A DNA stretch of 64,000 bases, taken from contig NC_134025.1 in assembly GCF_964204645.1 (NCBI RefSeq), positions 25,400,299-25,464,298 of the forward strand. Reading direction: 5' to 3'. The translations under genes were made by a program, and so were the position numbers. Below the pieces are notes generated by a model, which saw only the letters and a list, made by a program, of their open reading frames with translations, ran no database searches and was not told the DNA's origin. This DNA comes from Tubulanus polymorphus (taxonomy: Eukaryota; Animalia; Nemertea). Numbering within the stretch: the first letter of the stretch is position 1; every line of letters begins with the position of its first letter. Of the stretch, positions 28,047 to 46,197 are shown in pieces.

Positions 28047-29511
28047 CTATTCTAACGACGTTAACATAAGTAGCTGTTTAAGCACTTTTGTTTGACTAGT
28101 CTCTCTTATTTCACCAGCCAGAAACATTTCATCCACAACGCTGTATACCTAAAGAAAACAAAACAGTAACCATTTAGAAAAATACAATATAGACAATGTT
28201 TTAATCTTTTCAACAATAGTATTATATGATTTATACATAGTAAACCACAGCCTTATTATATAGGGTTAAACCCACTTAATCTGAGTCTGTTTAATCCAGT
28301 TAATTAATGAACAGGTTTGCTCCATAAGCAAAATCCCACAATTGTTTGAAGACTAAAAAGTACAAAATACAAGACATTTTTCGGATGGTTTCAACCACCC
28401 TTCTTCAGTTTAAATTGATATGTTAAATTAGTCTATAGTATATAAATATAAAATACGACACAAATTACTGCATATAGATAGGTTATGGTTAGTTTTAAAG
28501 GAATAACAAGTAAAAGCCCTCAGTTGATATTAAAGCATTTATTGTCCGACAGTTTTTAACTTGTTAACTCTAAATACTGATCATATAGATCAAATATCAG
28601 TCTTCCAGTCATTTTGAAAGGAGTTCCTATTTCCCCAATATAAAAAAGTTATAACCAGAACAATTGATTCTGCAGATTTTCTCTACAATTATAGCAGAAA
28701 GGAATCTGCTCTGGGATATCATTGAATATGGGAAGAACATTAAGATACAGCCTAGGTAATTACAACAATCAATAAGCTGAAAATATCTTAGAAATGGAAT
28801 TCTAGCCACAGAAAATAATCATCAACATACCTTGTAAAAGTTGAAGACCAGATCTAATTCGCAAACATTGTGGAAAAACTCATTGAGAACTTCAACAAAA
28901 TTGTGAATCGCTTCGAGATAGACGAGGTTATTGTCGCTAACGTCGACACAAATACAAAAATACAGACCAGCGTAACGTCGATAAACGATCTTGAAATTAC
29001 GGAACTGCAAAAGATGGACGATCATTTCAGAGGACAATTGGTGAAACTCTAATCAATCATGACATAAAAAGACGATGGTAGCTTACTTCGACAAAGTTTG
29101 TGTGTTTTGCATCTCGGACTGTGACGACTGCATGAACTTCTTCAATCAATTTCTGCTTTTCATCATCGTCAAAGTGCATGTACCACTTGGCAAGTCTAGT
29201 CTTACCAGCACGATTTTGGATAAGAATAAATCGGATCTGTAAATAAATCAATATCAAGTAGCCTATTTTACTCTGCCTAGAATAAACTGCCGCAAGCACC
29301 AAGACAGATGTTAGGGTAGGTATGCCAGCTGAAAATGCAATCCAGATCCAGGTTTGTCAATTTTGATAAAAACTCTATTACTATAGTCTAATAATATAAA
29401 AAAGTAGGCTACATGATTTAGGCCTATTCAACTTTGAATTTGATTGACTAGGTTTTTGTTGTCCTACGCATCAAGAATCAATACACTATAGGGTTTATTT
29501 TTCCTTACCAT
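28047..29511 (-). CDS. AP2S1: AP-2 complex subunit sigma (142 aa)
   Basis: Exons 29511-29509 (ATG only), 29236-29087, 29004-28831 and 28148-28047 sum to 429 nt. The protein [67 protein letters not shown]...[13 protein letters not shown] is near-identical to known sigma2. Confidence 0.97.
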
Positions 29512-29876
29512 AATTAAATATAGGCAAAATAGTTTATCACGAAGATAATAGAATGTCAACTGTGCTTATATTTCAGGCGTTAATTAATAAATTAGGACGT
29601 GAAATTAGTAATAAAATTTCCAAGTTGATACACCCCAAATCAGCTCCACAACTACGTCAACCCGTAACCGAAAAATTGAAAAATACTTTAGGGCCTAATT
29701 TCGCCCTATAATTAGAATTTCAGATGGTTTAAGAGTAAGAATCGTGATATTTGATAGTAAAATACATTTAGAAAATAAATAAACCTTCATTAACAGAAAA
29801 AATGCCAAATTATTTAGAAGAAATAATCGGGATTCGAACCTGCCCCGAGTTGCGAATATGAACATCGACCTTAAAC

Positions 29877-32800
29877 ATGGTATGTCACTTTCTCTGACAA
29901 GTGTTGTGTGTTATGACTAATTTATACTAATTAATGCATTAATGAGTAGACTAAATTGCTATATTGTGATTCGGTTAAGCTATGGAATCAACAGTGTACA
30001 GAAATCAGGTTAGATAGTCTTGTAATTTGGCAAATATGTTCGAACATTTTTCGCTACTCCAGGGGAAATCGAAATGTTGATTCATGTCAACCGAAGTCAA
30101 TGAACCGTGGCGAGTCCTTTTTCGTAGAAATCAGAAAAAAAAGTAGAGTGTAGTAAAGGGTTTTATATTGCACCCTTCATTGACATGCCCCTGATACCCT
30201 AAAAAACTATATTTGAAGTAGTAAGTTAGTTTCAAAATCAATTTCACAGATGATGGACCCGTCTGGATGGTGGTTGTCCGATCTATTTTGACAAAGTTGA
30301 GTTGTGCCTATCCAGCGCGCATATACTGTCCAAGAAATTCTCACAAAAATTAGGATTTGCACATGCTATTACTGAAGTACACTAGCGTAATACTTGGATC
30401 CAATTGCGCCGTATACTAATCATGTACGATTTTACTACTTTTGTCTAACTCAATTTATAAATTAACCCTTACCCTGGTCTAAACCCTCTGGATTGATTAT
30501 TTGTGGAAAACAATTTGAAAAAGCAGTTGTAATACGTCTGTCCGAAGAGTTTGGACTACTTTCTGGACAGGTTCATCAGAATATCTGCTGTTTCATAAAC
30601 CATGCAGGGACAAACTAAAAACTAGCAACAGTGTTTGGGTATTTTTAGACCTAGGGTTTTTCAATTAAGGATAGATTGGGCCACAATAGTCGTGTCTGTA
30701 GGTCTACATGTAATGAAATTTTGTTTGTTTTGTAGGTTATTCTGAAAGTGTATTTGGACAGTTCAAATTCACGTGTTGCTGAAGTGCCGATTAACAATAA
30801 TACAACATTCGCTGATATCATACAGTGCTGTAAAGATCCTGGGCGTCCAAATGATAATTATCGCGTAGTTGAATTGTGGAGAGGCTGTGGTGAGTAATTA
30901 GAATCTGAAACTTATCAACTAATCATTAATTATGGTTATATATGCTAGTATGATAATTGCATATTTTCAGAACGACCAGTGAGTGATAATGAAAAGCCGT
31001 TTGAAATTCTCAAGCAGTGGGGTATACACAGAGATGAAGTGCGTTTCTACCTGAGAAACGAAGTACCAAATTCAAACGGTAGGGAAAATTTTGAATTTCG
31101 TTATAGCAAGCTAATAATAGGTCTTTGATAGCTTTGAAGGCATGTTCTTAATATGTTGGCTTAATCTAGAACATTTGTTCCATGGATAACTTGACTCTAT
31201 AGGAATGGTTCATAGTTTTTGAGAAATCCCGATTAGAAATGATTTTCTACGTGCTAGTTGAATCAATTAGGATTTGATAGAAATACAGTAAATTGATAAG
31301 TATGAATTTTTCAGATAATTTACCGAAACAGAATGCTGTAAGATACGGAGATAACTCGCCTAATGTGAGTAAAATTTCATTTTGCACTGACATGAGTAGG
31401 CTTGAGTATTTACTGAGCACTGACTGATGTTTGTATTGTAGTTACCCGATGATGGAGGTATGAGTTTACATGAATTACAACGAATGGCTGCCATGCAACA
31501 ACAGCAAATCGACAAGCAACAACACATGCTGGTCGCTAAAGAACAAAGGCTAAAATTCCTGAAACAACAAGATTTAAAACAGCAACAGGTTTCTGCCGAA
31601 AACGAACGGTTGTTTCAGTTACGTGAGAAAGTGGAAGCGCAGGAAATGAAATTGAAGAAACTTCGGGCGTTGCGCGGTCAGGTGGATCAGCAAAAAATGA
31701 TGAACACTAATTTGAGTAAGTAGAGGGGTCAGATAGGAAGAGGGACACTGTTCCACAGGTATCATACTTTACCTTAGATTAAATTTTGCGCCTGTTATCA
31801 TTGTACCCTAGATTGACTACTGGGTACCAATCTCTGAATCTCAGCCATTCATTTATTGACAGATTCGGAGCTAGAGTCGATAAAAGCTTTGTTTAATGAA
31901 AAGGAAAAAGAATTGAGTTTGGCAGTGGGTAAAGTTGAAGACATGAAAAAGCAGCTGGATGACCTGCGTAGGGGAAACCAAAATCAGAGTCCCGGAATAA
32001 ATGGAAATAAACTCATGGAACTGGAAAAACTAAAAAAGGAATTGAGTGTAAGTGATCTGATGATTGCTAATTGAAATTGAATGCGGTAGATTTAGAATTA
32101 TATGATTCTCATAAAGAATTTTCGATTGTTTCTTTCCAGATTCGAAATAGATTGAACGAGCAGCAAAATGTCCGATTGATTCAACGTCGAGAAACATTGA
32201 GCAAACGACAAAATGATATTTCAGTCATCGACCAACGTATACAAGAACTACAACTACGATTGCAAAAGAAACGTCAATTACAGCAACAACAAAGTCATAT
32301 TCAAGTACCACCTCATAAAGATTGGACGGTCAATTCAAATGTTGCTACCGTAGAGCCTTATAATAAACAAGACGTGCCATCAGTTGATAATGCGTCAACT
32401 TATAATAAAGCGTATGAAAAGAAGGACCAAGCTGATTTGCAGCCAACTCAACCTGTTATCAAAGATATATATTCGGTCAAGCCGGAAAAGCCAGTTGATG
32501 ATGGTTCCAATCAGAGTCAAAAGGCTTATTTAGTGAAACAACCAGTCGCAGGAAGACCGCAGTATACCGGCCTGATAGCTCCGAAAGGTTGGGGTTCGAC
32601 ATCATCTTCACAGATTAATAGAATATCCAATAATACAGATACACGGGTAAAGGCATCGATACCGGTTTATTCACTAGCAACGATAGATACTAACATGACG
32701 ACCACTATTCCATCCAGACCGAGCCCTACGGGATCGGGTGATTCCACCGCTTCGTTGAGTATTGATTCGTCGTTGAGTAATTCTCGGCAAGATTCGTCGC

Positions 32801-34763
32801 GATCGGGACCAACAACGAGCACGCCAAATACTTCGCTGAGCGTTGATGTGAATGCACCTAAAACCTCGTCGGCGGAAGAAAAATCGAAGTTTCGCTACGC
32901 GCCGAAAAACATAATCAACAACATGTACACTAAACGCCTGGGATCGTCAGCTCTGGGCGATTATAACAAAGCATTGAATCAGCTTTATCAATCGTTTCCT
33001 AGTAAACCGCTTGAAAATAAATCGCTGCAACAGAAACAGACCAGTCCTACGGCTAAAGTTCAACCCATGCAATTCGAAGAATCCACCGATTTTTCCACCG
33101 CTGATAATACGGACGTATCAGACAAAAATGACGATTTCCCGATGCCCGAGTTTCATCCCGGTGGTACGATAAACGCTGATAAATTCAGTCATAAAACGAA
33201 TTCGTTACGTCACCTGCGACGGAGGCATTCGTCCACGGAGAGCGATGAGTTGAACAGAGTTCTACAAGTTCGGCTCGAACGTCAAGAACAAGCCGAGAAA
33301 GACGCCATCGACGAACGTGGCAATTCTGAAAATACTAACTCTAATAAACCGGCGGCTGGTGTTATTGTACAATGTAAACGCGCAGCTCCGGTGATACTGC
33401 GTAAGAAGAATCAAGCGAGAGATGCCGATCGGTCTTCGCGGAGAGTTAGCTTCGATCCTCACGCTCTATTGCTCGACGCGTCATTAGAAGGTGAACTGGA
33501 ATTAGTGATGAAAACAGCTCGTGAGGTAAAAACTATATTGATGATAGCGGCTAGGAAAGAAAACCATTGAATTATGGTGTATAATGGATCGGTTAAATTC
33601 AAAAATTTTTCTAGATTTCAAATGTTTTCTCATTGAATTTTAATGAATTGTTATAGGTTACTGATCCTAGTCAGCCAAATGATGAAGGTATAACAGCTTT
33701 ACACAATGCAATATGTGCTGGTCATTTTGATATCGTAACATTCCTGGTTGAGTTTGGTTGTGATGTGAATGCCGCTGACAGTGACGGATGGTAAGAGCTT
33801 TGATTCAATTAATCCTTATATAGATATTGAAACGAACACCAAAATCAATTTACTCAAAATACGTATGATTTGTACACCTTGCTTTGAAGTGCATCAATCC
33901 AGTTTGATTAGGATTCATAACTGTGACTGTATAGATGGATAAGTATTTGTATTCGTTTTGATTTATTATAGGACTCCCTTGCACTGTGCAGCATCTTGTA
34001 ACAATTTAGCTATGGTCAAATTCCTTGTTGAACACGGTGCCTGTATTTTTGCGATGACAATCAGTGATCAGGAGACAGCAGCTGAGAAATGTGAAGAGGA
34101 TGAAGATGGTTTTGATGGCTGTTCTGAATATCTATACAGTAAGATCAGTCGTTAATACTAATTCTATATTTCCGATGCGAGTTTAGTACCTGTACTTGCT
34201 TAATACAGATATTTAGGTACCTATAAAGCTCGGTCATTTTATGGGAGGAATCAAACTATGAAAGTTTCTGATAGATTTTTATCTCAATCTTCATGTTCCA
34301 CTGCCCTGTATCTATGGTAATTGTAGGTGTGATTAGACGTTATTTCGCTAATTTGATGAACTTATCTACCAAAATGCATTTCAGGTGTACAAGAGAAGAT
34401 GGGTATTCTGAACTGCGGTGCAGTGTATGGTCTGTACGAGTATAAACCACAAAACGACGATGAACTACGGTTTGATATAAACGATCGTTTAATCGTGCTG
34501 AGAAAAGTCAATGATACCGAGCGTGGGTGGTGGTGGGCTCGAGTCAAAGATAGAGAAGGTTATATACCTAGAAATTTGATCGGGGTAAGTTTTAAGCATT
34601 TGGATTTGTTGAAGTTAGAATAAGCTGAAAGTTTCTCATCTAGTGAATTCAATCCATGTTACCAATTATGTTTCATGTAAGAATGTTTTTCGATGGATAT
34701 TTCTTATTATTTCAGTTATACCCTCGCGTGATTCGACCTGAAGAAGATCAAACATCGTGCTAA
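29877..34763 (+). CDS. ASPP: ASPP-family protein (apoptosis-stimulating of p53; PPP1R13B/TP53BP2 co-ortholog)
   Basis: Probable ATG-only first exon at 29877 (ATG|gtatgt). Then a ubiquitin-like/RA N-terminus (VILKVYL...ELWRGCERP...QWG), a Gln-rich coiled coil ([26 protein letters not shown]), the RVSF PP1-docking motif, ankyrin repeats ([25 protein letters not shown]), an SH3 domain ([19 protein letters not shown]) and a terminal LYPRV exon at 34716-34763. Confidence 0.93.
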
Positions 34764-37700
34764 TTTCACTTTTGGTGAAAGAATTTGATATTCTGTTGAA
34801 TTCTAGTTCTAAAGGCAATGATACATGTTATAACTTGTTATGTCTCCCCGATGGGGAAGTCACGGTGGCTATCTTAAAATTCTTGTTAGTACCATACAGG
34901 TTGCACTTCTTGATTGATTTCCATGAAATTTGGTGTGGATGATTGGGGCAGGTGAGTTGTCCACTTCTAATCCGAAATTCTTGTAACTTGGTGTGAGGGT
35001 TAAGACAATTTCACCTATTCTGGAGTTGAAGTCGAAACAACAACTCTTATAAAGTTACTGGGTAATGGACAATCTATCTTCATTTCCTCACCCCATTACT
35101 ATTTACTGATAGGAGACATACCCAGTACTTGGCATTGCCACATTGCCTATAAATGTTAGATGGAATCAAAATTGACTGCTATTATAGACCGTTTAAACAC
35201 TGGCCAAATGCTAATAGACTAGCTCATCGCAGTTAACTTGTCAAATCTGTATCATTGACAGTGTCTAAAATGGTCTGTGATTACGATTCCATTTGTCTGG
35301 TCAAAATAATACACAGATCTAGATGATTTCATACACTCATATGATAAATGTTCTGTGCCTTCCACATTAAAAATTGTACATTCATTGTGTTACATATATT
35401 TATACTGCTATGTTATTACATCAATTATGTATTAAACCTTCTTCACTATAGATGTCGTGCAATTTTTGATTTCAACATTCTAAAAATCAGAAATGTTTTG
35501 ATTATTTTTGGATTCCGTCTCAAGAGTTGTTTTATTTGTGCAATTTTGTGTTTCTTCATCTGAAAAAATTACTTAATTTTGTTTTTGTTTCTTCTGTTAC
35601 CATTTTGCTTTTTTGACAATTTTTGTTGCATGTTATTGAGAAATCGATTGATTTATCAAAAGCATCATTCTCTGTTTTAATGTTAATTTTGAATCATAGA
35701 TCTTACTTTTATTCACCGGTATATGAATGTATGTTATCCATGTTGTCTATAACTGTCGTAAAAATAGCTGCATACATAACCATAAGTACATGTAAATACA
35801 GAAGAAAAAACTGTAATTTAGTACCTATACAATTTTATAACAAACACAGGGGTGAGATTGATGTGAAAATGTGAAAAGAAATATTCGTTAAGTTGAAAAT
35901 TCTGTGAAAAATAGTGAAACAACTTGAAAATCTACAAATTTTACATAATCTTGTTTGCAGAAAATTTCGATGTGCTTTTCTGCTAAATATACTTTCTGTT
36001 ATACCGTAAGAAGCACTGATGCGCTATGAGCATGTATGTATCATTTGTGCTCCTGCAAATTTAGGCCTACCAGTATTGTTTTGGAATATCAATTTTATAG
36101 ACTATGATTCCTTGAAATTTTAGTGTGAAAATTCCACTATATATCGTCCAATCTCACCCCTGCCAACTGGTATTGAAATTGAGCATCTTTTATCAGTTTA
36201 TTCTGTTTGGTTGTTTTGCCAGTATTGAGCAGTCACTAATTCAATTACTGCGGTAATCATATCAACTTGCACTTAAGCAATCACCTATTAACATATCACG
36301 TGTATCGAACTGCCCTCCTGATTTTGTTTTGCTTGCATAATTATTTATATACAGTAAGATCGAATTTGAAAAATGACATTCAAGAATTAGATTATTGCAC
36401 GTTTATTTATGTCCATTGCCGTATCAGACATAGAACCTGCCTTCTTTCTTGCATATCTGACAAAATCTGTATTCAGTTGATACATATCTACGATTCAGTA
36501 CATATGGAATAGTTCTTAACCTGTAGCATATTCAAACAGGTACAAAATGTCTATCCATATCCTATTGTTCATTTTTATTTATCAGATTTTTCTTTCAGTG
36601 TATCCATCCTTTTCACATCGTAAGCCGTTCAATTATACACATATCCATCCAATAATTCCATCCAATGAATTGAAAGTACACTATAAACAATGACTATTGC
36701 ATATATGATTTTATACCCTGTAATTTTATACTAGTTAATGCGAATTAATAAATTTGTGAAAAATTATCGTCAGTTATTTGTCTTGAACTTTTTTATTGAT
36801 GGTCCATTGATGTATGATAGACTAGTCTGGCTAGATCTTCAGTGAGTCATATTTCAACTTTATTTCAACTTACCGTATACATTAAGCCAGGTAAATTTTG
36901 AAGTTAGGGACGGCCTATGATGGAAGGTTGCACAGCTTATCTTACTGAATAGATGGGCATGGGCCAGCTGTGCCTTTTGGACCAGCCATACGTAGTTCAT
37001 ATCATCAGATAAGATGACTCGTGCTAGTCGCAATCCAAACCTGACCCAGGAAATACAGAGATAATAGATATCTCGAAAAGTGCATCTTTTGAAATGAACA
37101 CATAGGGAAAAATACGAAGCAATCACTTTTTATCTACACATTCATTTATTTGGTTATGAATCACAGCTAGGATATATAAATACATACATACATACAAGAA
37201 CAATAATAATACATAAAGGAAAGCTGTTGAATGAATCTTTTATGTACATATAGTTTCATATCTACACTAGTTAACATAATATTCATCGCTAGTAAATGAC
37301 ATGCCTTCAACACTTTCGTGCACACTAAGTATGCATTTTATATAAATTGTGTAGATTCTTCTTTTGAACACAATTAAAAGACTTAATATTCACACTTAAA
37401 ATTATAACTTATATATTCGTTTACGTGAATCTGAGAGGATTTTACAGATTGACATATACGAGAAAAACATGTTCTTCACATTTTGGGTCACGAAATATTT
37501 TACAACAAATATAGAGACCTTCCCACTCGAATTATAATTCCTGTATTCATCAGTAGATACAGATATTTATCGGTAGTATCGGGATCCATTTTCCATTCAA
37601 CACTTCCTTATTAGAGTTTATGTCAAATCTGGACCCTTAAAAATACTGCATACTACCGGTACTCCTACGCAACAAGTCGTCACTAATTCTACACGATTAC

Positions 37701-38377
37701 TCTGAATGCAAGACTAAAACCACCATAAATATAGATATGCTTACAATCTGATGTATTATCATGAAGTCATGTTGGAAAAAAATTAAGTCATGTATCAAAT
37801 CAAGCCTTCACAATCAAGTAGACATACCGTAGTTAAGGACCATCAAAAGTATAGATTAACTTAGGATGCCAAGTCTCTTCACGAACGCTGTCATTTATTC
37901 TATTGCACTGAACTTAGTGCACCTTAACATCTAGTAAAGTTACTGCCTAAACCAGATACCCTCAAAGAGAATAACGGATTTAATAGTGCAAATCTAATGT
38001 AATTATTCATATATTTCAAAGACATATTGTACACACACAAGAACCTTAAACCTTTTTAAGGTGCACCTTAAACCTTACTTTGAAAATATTTTTTTAATAA
38101 AAGTTTTAAAAACCATTTTTGTAATCGTTTATAACATTATCATAATTATTTGATATTGATACTTTTAAGTTTGAGCACAGTAGTGTCCAAGACCCTCGTA
38201 TTTGAAATTACAATACAACAATTATCAGGTTGAAACTTTCAGCAATTTCCGTTTGTCAGTACAGCGCCAATTCCAAAATCATTTTACCATAGTTCTATAA
38301 AATGTTTGGATCATCATTAGGAAATTGTTATCACAACCGGTTTACATATAAAACACACATGGAACCGAGCACAATAC

Positions 38378-40932
<2,555 letters not shown>

Positions 40933-41701
40933 CTTTATGGAAGATCTCACCTAATTAACGCATTGACGTAATAAGTAGATGATCACCATGGTACTCAGAC
41001 CACATGGTAATTAAGTGTTAATAGAGTACGAATGAAAATAAGACCACCACAGCGGAATGATAAATTCAACACAACAGCAAAGGCCCTCTATCCCACAGTT
41101 ATAACACGTTATAATCATAATCATGTAATAAAAAGGCAATACATAATATTTTTAGGCCTAAACTGGAAAAAATAAAATTGTACAGGTAGGCTGGTTGTTT
41201 ACTATTTTCAAACGATAAGTAGTCAGTGACATTAGCCAGCTAGCTAGTAGAAAAGTACACCACTGCTAAGTAAAATCAAACTGTTTCATGCTCTCTTCTA
41301 GAAAATATCGAATTGGCGTAAAACTTAATAAAGAATAAGAGCATGTGGCCAACTTCCAGTAATTACTATATGGTTTTTACATCATCAATTTTTCCAGTTG
41401 AAAAAAGAATCTCTTTACTTTACGACGAAAACAGGATCGTCGAAAATTGTCTTCTAGCGAACACTATTCGTAAAGTCAAACTCCATTACGAACCGGCGAT
41501 GTAGGGAATAGACTTTATTTCTACTTGTAAAACCAATTCAACTACAACAATGATAAAAGTATAAGGCAGTTTATTATTTTGATATGTATTTAATCAGATT
41601 TTTGCTTATCAATGTATACTGCACAACAATTAGAGTGAATCGTTTCGGAGAGTACGTTACATGTCTTTTAGGTAGAAAGGCAAGTGTACGCTAAGTTGAT
41701 A

Positions 41702-44700
41702 ATGGCTCCACTCACTTCCTGGTTATGCAATTTTAGTATGAATATTCCTACGATTTGCCGCCTTGTAAGATCAAAACGGCATGTCATCTGTCAAAATACG
41801 TCATACTCAAAGCATTTTTACTGTCAAAGCGCTTGGAAGACTCGACATGAAGCTCAGGTTGCCGTAAATACGGGAAATCAGTAAGCAAAATTTGAAAATC
41901 ATACAAATCACACACTAAAAGTCGGATTTGGACTTATAATCTGGAAGCGGCTACGCCGGGCTACTATTGCCATATATTCCAGTAAAGTACCATACCTTCT
42001 AACCTAATGTACAACCAAGAACAAGTAAAAATGGCTAATTTATTAATATAACAATGTGCAATTGGGTGAATCATAATCATTCTCTTGGCTAAATCATGAA
42101 GACCTAACTGATACAAGAGCTTTCAGATAATCAGTATTTTTCATCCGCTAGATGATACGTATGCATAATTTTCTATTCATTAGGGAGATGCATATTAGCT
42201 GTGGTAAGCTCGCCAGAATGGCTGATGGTGGATCAATTGTGCAAGTAGGTATTCACATAATAGATTACGTGTGTATGCCTTGATTCATATCAAGAATTTA
42301 ATCCCATTCTGAAAATTTCACTTACAGTTAGGTCATACATCAGTAATGGTTGCTGTTGTGAGTAAATCTACCAAATCCTCTGCTGCTGGATTTCTGCCAC
42401 TAACGGTTTGTAAATGATTATTTGGACATTTTATTTGAGTGGTTCTAGGACACACAGCCTACATGTATATTATGTAATCTAGGTTGACTACCGACAGAAA
42501 GCTGCTGCAGCAGGACGCATTCCAACAAACTACCTGAGGCGAGAATTAGGCCAATCTGATAGAGAAATTCTCAGTGGAAGAATGATAGGTTTGTACTTTG
42601 ATGCTACCTGTTTCCCTGTCGATATGGAATTGAGAAGACATTTTAAATTGAAAGACTGTCATTTTGCTTTCCAGATCGTTCTATACGGCCCTTGTTTCCA
42701 AAGGGATATTTGTATGAAACACAAGTAATGTGTAATCAGTTAGCTGTTGACGGTATCAATGATCCAGATGTACTGGCTATCAATGCTGCCTCAGTTGCTC
42801 TAGCTATGTCCGATATTCCTTGGAATGGACCAATAGGTAACAGTACTAAAGCTTCATAAACTTCTGTTCTTCTTAGTTTAAACTTAGCAAATAATCGCTA
42901 TCACGATTGTAATACTTGAAAATAATCTATTCTATGCATGATTCCTATTTTGCACCTTATTATTCATACTTCAGTTGATCCTTAAGGTTTGCCTCATGAT
43001 TTTCATTTGATCCATTTTTTTAGGTGCTGTTCGCGTTGGCTTAGTTGATGGGGAACTTTTGATTAATCCAACACGGAAGCAACTTTCTAAAAGCCGCCTG
43101 AATCTGGTTTTAGCTGCATCTGATGATGATAATATAGGTAAACTATCTATCTAAGTATGAAGATGAAATTGAAATCTATTTCTTGCTCCAATTCTGTTCT
43201 GTATTCTTACATTACTTGTTCTAGTCATGTTAGACTCGTCTGCTGATATATTAGACGAAAGCGATTTTATTGCTGCCTTAAAGCTTGGCGTGAAATACAC
43301 AAAAAATATCATCGATACAATAAAAGATTTACAAACAAAAAATGGAAAATCAAAACGTACCTATATTAAGATGGCAAATATGGATGAAGAAGTTCTAAAA
43401 ATTACGAAAAGGTACCAAACGAAAGATCTTTCTTAGTTTAACGTAATGATAAGGATTGTATAATTTGTATAATATGACAATGTTATATTTTCATTACTTT
43501 CAGCTTGGCTGGCCTTCAAATTAAAGAAGTATTCTGCAATTATTCTCATGACAAAGTAAGCTACGCTCTAACATAGAATTAGGATTTTTGTGATGAGATA
43601 TTTGTGATCTTAAGCTTTGAAATGTTATTTTCAGTTTTCCCGTGATAGGGCGATTGCTGATATTAAACAGTCCGTTTCTGAGAAACTTCGAGGTAGAATA
43701 AACCTTTCAGATCTATTTTCGAAATGGTTATTTACTGTACTGTTTGTTATATATAACTGTAATTTCAGAAAATTATCCTATGGTGGACACTTCATATGCA
43801 TTCGATCATATATGTAAAGATGTATTTAGGAGTTTGGTATTTGAAACAGATATGAGGTATGAATAGTATTTCGAGTTTATCGATTGTTTACCTGATTTAC
43901 AGTAAATGTAATAAATCTCATTTTTCAGATGTGATGGAAGGAAGTTCACCGATTTGCGTCATATATCCTGCGCAGTTGATCTATATAAACCTTTACATGG
44001 GTCAGCTTTATTTCAGCGAGGACAAACTCAAGTATTTCATTTAATTGTGTGCATTTTATTGGTTTATTTCATAGTCAGATGCTCACTGTAATAATTGGAT
44101 TATTTTTAGGTTCTTTCAACTACAACGTTTGATTCAGTTGATTCTGCATTCAAATCTGACACTGTATCATTGGTCACAGGGTATGTTAGTGAAAATACAT
44201 GTAAATACTGGTATTCATTGCCTAATGACTAATAATTTTGCTAGAATTTGATTTTCTTACAGCGCAAGCCGAGAAAAGAATTTCATGCTACATTATGAGG
44301 TAGGCTGTTTAATTGAGATATCAATTTTCAGAATTTATTTGATAAAATTTCCTTATTTTCTTTGTTATGTACATGATTTTGATTTGAAAAAATTGATTGA
44401 TATTTCCTTTAGTTTCCACCATATGCCACTAATGAAACTGGTCGTTTAGGAGGAATGGGTAGAAGAGAATTAGGACATGGTAAGTATTTAGTGTATGTAT
44501 ACTGCTGTATCATGTATTCATCCAGTTATACATATATACAGTAGTAATTTTTTTGTGCTTACAGGAGCGCTTGCTGAGAAAGGATTGCGTCCAGTTGTGC
44601 CCGATGATTTTCCATTCACTATAAGATTAACATGTGAAGTTCTCGAATCTAATGGTTAGTGTTATATTGTAATTATTTCGATTCTCTTACCAGTTACTTA

Positions 44701-46197
44701 AAATCAATTCTTTAGTTATTATTTAAAGGTTCATCATCAATGGCTTCTGTTTGTGGTGGTAGCCTGGCTTTAATGGATGCTGGTGTCCCATTGAAGGAGG
44801 CAGTTGCTGGAATAGCGATTGGCCTTATGACAAAGAGTGATCCTGATAATGAATCGGGGATTCAGAACTACAAAATACTTACTGATATATTAGTGAGTAT
44901 GAGCCTTTTGTAGAAAACCTTAAGTAAGTGTAAGGAGTCCTTATGTATTCGACTATTTAATTTCTAGGGTATCGAAGATTATATGGGCGACATGGACTTT
45001 AAAATGGCAGGTACCAGAAATGGTATCACAGCACTCCAGGTAAAGTATACCGGTAATGATTAATGCATCTTCTAGCCTGAAGATTTGAAAAATCTTTGTA
45101 GTATATATAAGGGGGTTAGGAACATGATCAGAATTTTTGTATATCTTAGGCTGATATCAAATTGTCTGGGGTACCAATTGGAATTATGGAAGAAGCTATT
45201 ATGGCTGCAAGAGGTATGTGTACGAATTGATAATGATAAAATGAAGCAAGATAGGTAATTGATTGCCATCTCAATTATCATTCTCTTTTCAGTTGGTAGA
45301 ATAAAAATCCTGGACATAATGGATGGTTGTCTCGATAAGCCAAGGGATGAAACGAGATCTAACAGTCCTGTGACTGAAAAGATTGTTATTCCAATTCATA
45401 AAAGAGCCAGATTTGTTGGTTTAGGCGGATACAATTTGAAGAAATTAAGATCTTCAACAGGTATGAATTATGAATTATTTTGGTACCATATGCATAATGC
45501 CTAGTTGATTACTTTGTAAAACTGACTGAATGTACATCTTCAGGCGTGTCAGTGAATTCGATTGATGAAACGAGTTTTGATATATTTGCACCAAATCAAG
45601 AAGCCTTGGATGAAGCAAAAGAAATAATTGATGAACTCTTAGCAGAGGAAGTGCGTTAACAGTTTCAATTTAATTCTAACAAAACTTAGTTTAGAAAATT
45701 TATGCTGAAAATGTTATATATTTCAGAAAGAGCCGATATTAGAATTTGGAGGGATTTACTCCGCGAAAATAGTTGAAATGAAGTAAGTAGATCGAAAACT
45801 TTCATATGAAAATCATTAAAAAAATATACACCATGTTATAATTTGCGATAACCCTCACTACTTGCAGAGACATTGGTGTAATGGTCCAGTTACATCCTAA
45901 AATACAACCAGTATTAGTGCATAATTCTCAACTTGATCAGAAAAAGGCAGGTTTTAGCACACCAGTACATTCTTCGTGCTCACTTGACACTATCTTATTA
46001 CCAGTTGGTTAAAACTCAAACTCATTTATTTGTAGGTAAACCATCCCAGTGCATTAGGATTTGAAGTTGGACAGGAAATTTCAGTGAAATATTTCGGTCG
46101 TGATCCGGCTTCAGGAAAAATTAGACTTTCTCGTAAAGTGTTATTTTCATCGGCTTCTAAGACGATTAAAGCATTAGGTAAAAAACCTGGCTCTTGA
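41702..46197 (+). CDS. PNPT1: Mitochondrial polyribonucleotide nucleotidyltransferase (PNPase)
   Basis: More than 20 short exons. Presequence-like N-terminus; [102 protein letters not shown]; KH domain ([10 protein letters not shown]) and S1 domain ([11 protein letters not shown]). The start could instead be 41738. Confidence 0.96.

Noticed and set aside
29828-29846. Reverse-strand GGTTCGAATCCC (tRNA T-loop/B-box)
   Set aside because: No cloverleaf or A-box could be built around it; the B-box-like hits at ~54835 and ~60180 likewise do not form tRNAs.
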